This document shows positions 59,695-64,000 of a DNA stretch of 64,000 nt, piece by piece. This DNA is from an uncultured Mycoplasmatota bacterium (lineage in GTDB: Bacteria; Bacillota_I; Bacilli_A; RF39; UBA660), in NCBI GenBank assembly GCA_947305065.1, contig CAMZCT010000007.1, positions 542 to 64,541 of the forward strand. Direction: 5' to 3'. The notes beneath the pieces are model-generated. The model saw only the letters and a program-made list of their open reading frames with translations, was not told the origin of the DNA and did not search any database. How positions within the stretch are numbered: the first letter of the stretch is position 1; each line of letters begins with the position of its first letter. Position numbers and translations under genes: made by a program.

Positions 59695-60900
59695 TTATTT
59701 GATACTAGAAGCAGATTTTTCATTTTCATTAGAATCAAGCGTTGATATCTTATTGTCTGTTGTTTCACGTATTTTTTTCTTCATGGCCTGGTATAATTGA
59801 GTTGATAATTCTCCGTCATAATACATTTCTTCAAGTTTTTTATTAAATATTCCCTCTTGTTCTCTTAAATCAACAATAGAGTTAATATCTTCATTAAACA
59901 TAATCCCTGTATACATAATAATTTGATTAATCATTAGTGTAAGATAGATTCTTTGTATTTGTATTAACGACTCAATTCTCTTGTCAAATGAATTTGTATT
60001 TGCCTCATTGCCTAATGCACTTTGTTTTTCTGCAAAACTATTTCTTTTGTCAATCAAATTTTTTATATCATTTAATAAACATTTATCCAAATCCAAAAAA
60101 GTAAAATCTTTGATAGATTGCAATTTATTTAAATATTTAAGCTCATACATAGGCAATGATGAAGTATTGTTTTGATAATAATATGCCATCATCAATTTGA
60201 TACAATCACTACAATCAGATATTTTGAAAGTCTCCAAATTAATTTCATTCAAACCATCTTTTTTATATATTTCTTTGTAGACATCTAATTCATCCGACAT
60301 CATTCTCAACACCTGATTTTGTGGTAGCAACTCAATAAATTCTTCAAATTTTTTTAGTCTTTTTTTTCTTTCTTCTAATTCATCATTAATTTTTATTAGA
60401 ATTTCTTCTTGATTACTAAATTCTATTTCTTTTTTAGGATGTAATATGTCTTCACCAACTATAACTTTCTCAACTACATAATTACCTACTGGAATTCTTT
60501 CAGCTACCCATTCATCGCCCATAAATCCATTATTATAATGTCCCTCTAACGAACTTGTTATCCATGGTTTGTGAACATCTAATCCATCAGTTGATATTTT
60601 GTATACAATTCCAACAGCAGGAACAGCAATTTTTAAAGATCTTTCTCCGATTCGAACATTATTATTTAATGGAGTTCCATCATTCATACTGACTGCAGCA
60701 TATGCATTTGTTGCTACTTCTTTGTAATCACTCATATATACTCCGTATTCATTTCCATCACCAACTGTTTTTCTTCCTTGTTCATCATATTTTGGTGGAT
60801 TTGGAGGAGTTAAATCTATTCCATATATTTGTTTTTCTTTTAATATTTTTTCATTAACAATTACGCCTCTATACAAAAATTCTGGTTTTGCATTTTCCAT
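59695..60900 (-). CDS. Hypothetical protein (about 401 aa), cassette cargo
   Basis: Intact ORF. ATG at 60900 is preferred to the GTG at 60909. Globular N-domain (FLYRGV .. GVYMSDY .. GDEWVAE) plus a helical C-half. Confidence 0.6.
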   Translation of the reverse strand: MENAKPEFLYRGVIVNEKILKEKQIYGIDLTPPNPPKYDEQGRKTVGDGNEYGVYMSDYKEVATNAYAAVSMNDGTPLNNNVRIGERSLKIAVPAVGIVYKISTDGLDVHKPWITSSLEGHYNNGFMGDEWVAERIPVGNYVVEKVIVGEDILHPKKEIEFSNQEEILIKINDELEERKKRLKKFEEFIELLPQNQVLRMMSDELDVYKEIYKKDGLNEINLETFKISDCSDCIKLMMAYYYQNNTSSLPMYELKYLNKLQSIKDFTFLDLDKCLLNDIKNLIDKRNSFAEKQSALGNEANTNSFDKRIESLIQIQRIYLTLMINQIIMYTGIMFNEDINSIVDLREQEGIFNKKLEEMYYDGELSTQLYQAMKKKIRETTDNKISTLDSNENEKSASSIK

Positions 60901-60942
60901 TATTATCACATCCTAAAAATATTATATCAAACTAATTCTTAA

Positions 60943-61519
60943 TTATGGTGAACATGTTTCTATTTTTAATTTATTATTTTTAATTTTAATCATAATACTT
61001 CCATCTTGATCCGTTCTATAAATTTTACTATTTTTTAAAACATCTAATACTTCTTTATTTGGATGTCCATATCTATTATTTTTTCCAACACTAATAACAG
61101 AATATTTAGGCTTTATTTCATTAATAAACTCTTTACTACTACTTGTCTTAGATCCATGATGCCCAACTTTTAACACATCTATATTGGGTAAATTATACTT
61201 ATTTAAGATTTCTTTTTCAGTAATAGTTGATGCATCCTCCCATAAACATGAATTTATAACCATTTAATTCTGTATAAATCACATTGCTATTATCATTTTC
61301 ATTGTCATATTCTTTTGTCTGTAAAAAATATAATTTGTTATTATCTATATTTAATTCTTTAATACATGAATAATATGGTATCCTCTTTTTATCTAATACA
61401 TTGATTAATTCCTTTTCTAAATCATTATAAGGTCCACAATTAAAAATTATCTTTTCTACTTTAGAATTATTTACTAAATTAACTGCTTCTCCCATGTGGT
61501 CGTAGTCTCCATGTGGTGG
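60943..61519 (-). pseudogene. comEC: comEC 3'-end copy D (frameshifted)
   Basis: PPHGDYDHMGEAVNLV..GYKFMFMG, then a +1 insertion (GGAGGATGC versus GGAGATGC), then (D)ASTITEKE..LKVGHHGSKTSSSKEF..GKNNRYGHPNKEVL..YRTDQDGSIMIKIKNNKLKIETCSP. Confidence 0.8.
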
Positions 61520-61580
61520 TTGTCAAAAAGTAAGTCGAATTTAAAACACAAAAAAGAACTATCAATATTGATAATTCTTA
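61520..61580 (-). repeat. Type-2 flank plus conserved terminator hairpin abutting copy D
   Basis: AAGAATTATCAATATTGATAGTTCTT hairpin, T-run, then TTTAAATTCGACTTACTTTTTGACAA. Homologous to 63679-63738. Confidence 0.75.
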
Positions 61581-61740
61581 TTAAATCAAACTATCTTCAT
61601 CAATCAAAGGAACAATATCTATGGCTGGTTCTTCATACGGATGTACCATTCTTAATTCTTCAATTTTTCTATAGGAATAGTAATGAATATCTTAATCTTA
61701 TTTACATTAATACTCATTTTATCTCCTTTTAAAATTAAAT

Positions 61741-62271
61741 TTAATTTTTTCTATTAAGTATGCCGACTCTAACTAAAGCATCTTCAAGATACTCACCTTT
61801 TTGAATAATAATTTTTTCATTTGGTTGTTTCATAAATTCTTCAAAATCAGGCTCTATCTTAGTATCAACTCTTTTAATAAATTCATCATTTGCTCCTCTA
61901 TTTTTTGCACGTATTTTATAGTCTTCTTTACATGCAGGATCTGGATAAGCTAAGATAAAATCTATTCCATAGTTTCTCATCTCCTCAAATGGCATACAAG
62001 GTGCAATAAGAATTATGTCATGTTTTCCACTTTTCTCTTCTTCTAAAATAGCATCATAATAATTTTTTGGCCATTCAGGATTTATCGCTCTTACAGTTGA
62101 TTTTAAGCTTTCTTTATTTTTAACTGCTTTTTGTTCTTCAGTAAGAATATATTTGTAATCTCCACTAGCAAGTTCTGTAATATCATCATATTTAGTTGTT
62201 AAATATGTCTTTCCTGCACAGATCCATGCACTAATTATGATTGGTCTTTTATTAAACTTTGTATTGCTCAT
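61741..62271 (-). CDS. P-loop NTPase / nucleotide-kinase-like protein, cassette cargo
   Basis: Walker A AWICAGKT near the N-terminus. About 176 aa. RBS AAAGGAGA. Confidence 0.55.
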   Translation of the reverse strand: MSNTKFNKRPIIISAWICAGKTYLTTKYDDITELASGDYKYILTEEQKAVKNKESLKSTVRAINPEWPKNYYDAILEEEKSGKHDIILIAPCMPFEEMRNYGIDFILAYPDPACKEDYKIRAKNRGANDEFIKRVDTKIEPDFEEFMKQPNEKIIIQKGEYLEDALVRVGILNRKN

Positions 62272-62282
62272 ATTTTTCTCCT

Positions 62283-62777
62283 TTATTCAATAAAATCTAT
62301 TGGACTTACAATATTAATAAGTGGTAGTTTTTCTTGTGTTCCGAGCAATGTTGTCTCATTATCATCTACCATATATACTATATCATTATCTTTTATATAG
62401 TCTTTTATATACTCAGCTTTTAAATATTGTTTTTCAGCAATTACTTTAACATTATTTTCTCTACGAGGAATAATAATTACTTTATCTTTATCAATAAAAT
62501 AACAATAATCTTCGATCCATCTTAATTTATCTTCCTTTTGATAATTATAACTACAAAAACTAAGAATGTACGTTTTAGCTCCCTTGTCTTGGAGCCTTTT
62601 CATTATTTCAATAATTGTTTTAATTGGTCTTTTAGAATAGAAGAAACCTTCTTCTAATTTATGTTTCTTCTTATGCATTTCCATACTTGCACAGGTACCA
62701 TCCATATCCCAAAATATTTTTACTTCATTTTTTCCTTCTTCTAAATATTTGATAATTCTTTTTTCTATATCAGTCAT
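62283..62777 (-). CDS. HAD-superfamily hydrolase, 5'(3')-deoxyribonucleotidase-like
   Basis: Motif I IFWDMDGT and later MVDDN. Small cap-less size. Start uncertain (ATG 62777 or TTG 62795). Confidence 0.55.
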   Translation of the reverse strand: MTDIEKRIIKYLEEGKNEVKIFWDMDGTCASMEMHKKKHKLEEGFFYSKRPIKTIIEIMKRLQDKGAKTYILSFCSYNYQKEDKLRWIEDYCYFIDKDKVIIIPRRENNVKVIAEKQYLKAEYIKDYIKDNDIVYMVDDNETTLLGTQEKLPLINIVSPIDFIE

Positions 62778-63102
62778 ATAAATCGTCACAAACAAAGTAT
62801 ATCATTGATTATCTTCAATTACAATTAATTAATTATATTTTTCCTTTATATTCTTTACTAAATTCTACTAAAAGAACATTTATTTTTTTTGAACAATTCA
62901 ATATATTTCATGATAATCTACGTATTTGTTTTTTTAGTTAATCTAATATTTAATTTAATAAAATGATCATTATCATTTATTTTAACATCAGTTATTCCTT
63001 TTATACGCAATAAGAAATTTTTAAGTTCTATATTCGCAATATCATCTAGTTTAATTATCATAAAAAAATTTCACCTAATAGAATTTATAATGTTTGAGTT
63101 TT

Positions 63103-63678
63103 TTATGGACTACATGTTTCAATCTTTAATTCATTGTTTTTAATCTTAAACATGATACTACCATCTTAATCTGTTCTATATATTCTAGATTTTTCTAGAT
63201 TGTCTAATACTTCTTTATTTGGGTGACCATAACGATTTTTCTTTCCAACACTTATAATTGAATACTTTGGATTCATTTCGCCAATAAAATCTTTACTACT
63301 ACTTGTCTTAGAACCATGATGTCCTACTTTTAATACATCTATGTCTGGTAAATTATATTTACTTAGTATTTCTTTTTCAGTAGTAGTAGATGCATCACCC
63401 ATAAACATAAATTTATATCCATTTAGTTCTGTATAAATAACATTACTATTATCATTTTCGTTATCATATTCTTTTGTCTGTAAAAAATATAATTTGTTAT
63501 CATCTATATTTAATTCTTTAATACATGAATAATATGGTATCTTCTTTTTATCTAATACTCTTATTAATTCAGTTTCTAATTCGTTAATTTCTCCGCAATT
63601 AAATATTACTTTCTCTACTTTAAAATTATTAACTAAATTAATAGCTTCTCACATATGATTATAATCTCCATGTGGTGA
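63103..63678 (-). pseudogene. comEC: comEC 3'-end copy E (two in-frame stops)
   Basis: SPHGDYNHM, then TGA, then EAINLVNNFKVEKVIFNCGE..FMFMGDASTTTEKE..LKVGHHGSKTSSSKDF..GKKNRYGHPNKEVL..RIYRTD, then TAA, then DGSIMFKIKNNELKIETCSP. Confidence 0.8.
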
Positions 63679-63738
63679 TTGTCAAAAAGTAAGTCGAATT
63701 TAAGGCAAGAAAAAAGAACTATCGAATTGACAATTCTT
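63679..63738 (-). repeat. Type-2 flank plus conserved terminator hairpin abutting copy E
   Basis: AAGAATTGTCAATTCGATAGTTCTT hairpin, T-run, then CTTAAATTCGACTTACTTTTTGACAA. Confidence 0.75.
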
Positions 63739-63741
63739 AGA

Positions 63742-64000
63742 TTATTTTATTCTTTTTGTACTACTCCATTTTCTTGCACCATTTAAAATTTTTTCAGAAT
63801 CATTTAATAGTTTTGTTGGATATTTTACATATTCAAAAATATCATCATGAGAATAATTTTCTAACATATAATTTCCAATTGTGAATGCTATAGGGTAATT
63901 ATAAGGTAATGAATTAAAATCATTTATTTCTTCGTTAGTTGCATTTATCTCTACTTTTGTAAATTCTTCTGGATTTCCTAGGTTAGTAGCTAATGCTTCC
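63742..64000 (-). CDS. 3' end of a further cargo gene (5' part outside window)
   Basis: Open minus-strand frame from the window edge: ..NYPIAFTIGNYMLENYSHDDIFEYVKYPTKLLNDSEKILNGARKWSSTKRIK. TAA at 63742-63744, followed by the conserved hairpin. Confidence 0.55.
   Translation of the reverse strand, partial: EALATNLGNPEEFTKVEINATNEEINDFNSLPYNYPIAFTIGNYMLENYSHDDIFEYVKYPTKLLNDSEKILNGARKWSSTKRIK

Larger units (their letters stand above)
47813..64000 (-). mobile_element. Accretion island occupying the expected comEC-holA junction; continues beyond the window
   Basis: Contains five comEC 3'-end copies, one holA 5' copy, many pseudogenes and unrelated cargo. No recombinase gene is seen inside the window. 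Confidence 0.6.

Noticed and set aside
61496-61732. 78-aa plus-strand ORF
   Set aside because: It lies antisense to the type-2 flank, the terminator hairpin and a frameshifted minus-strand ORF ending HPYEEPAIDIVPL. It has no RBS.
47813-64000. Prophage interpretation of the island
   Set aside because: No terminase, portal, capsid, tail, lysis or integrase genes are recognisable. The cargo is a series of unrelated single genes separated by comEC fragments.

Overview
Very AT-rich chromosome segment of low-GC Bacillota type that uses the standard code: conserved genes are intact with TGG for Trp, and TGA is a rare stop. Three parts are visible.

(1) 1-12 kb, plus strand. Lineage-specific membrane or coiled-coil proteins, mscL, a 4-gene operon ending in a classical-clade AAA+ ATPase, and an XRE-type regulator.

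(2) About 12.0-12.7 kb. A 700-bp non-coding tract holds a degenerate repeat family and a 28-bp site matching E. coli dif at 22 of 28 positions. A XerD-like recombinase gene lies next to it. Gene orientation flips from plus to minus here, which suggests the replication terminus.

(3) 12.7-47.8 kb, mostly minus strand. This is a housekeeping block:
- rarA and gpsA (plus strand)
- tcdA, preceded by a candidate 6S RNA
- a HerA-like ATPase cluster
- a T-box-led operon: CAT-like gene, hisS, asnS, aspS, gatCAB
- dtd, relA, tgt, queA, an ABC exporter, uvrC, rnhC, holA

Upstream of holA, where Firmicutes normally carry comEC, there is instead an accretion region of at least 16 kb (47.8-64 kb). It holds five decayed copies of the last ~190 codons of comEC (the metallo-beta-lactamase domain). 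All five start at the same nucleotide inside the HxDxDH-coding motif. Each is preceded by one of two short conserved flanks and followed by different cargo:
- orphan 571-, 401- and 376-aa proteins
- a P-loop protein plus HAD nucleotidase pair
- a decayed DUF1016 nuclease

The promoter-distal part of the region also contains a diverged holA 5' fragment, a dCTP-deaminase::DUF1653 fusion, GNATs and several pseudogenes. This comEC-targeted cassette array is the most unusual thing in the window. No CRISPR array, rRNA, tRNA, transposase or phage structural genes were recognised.
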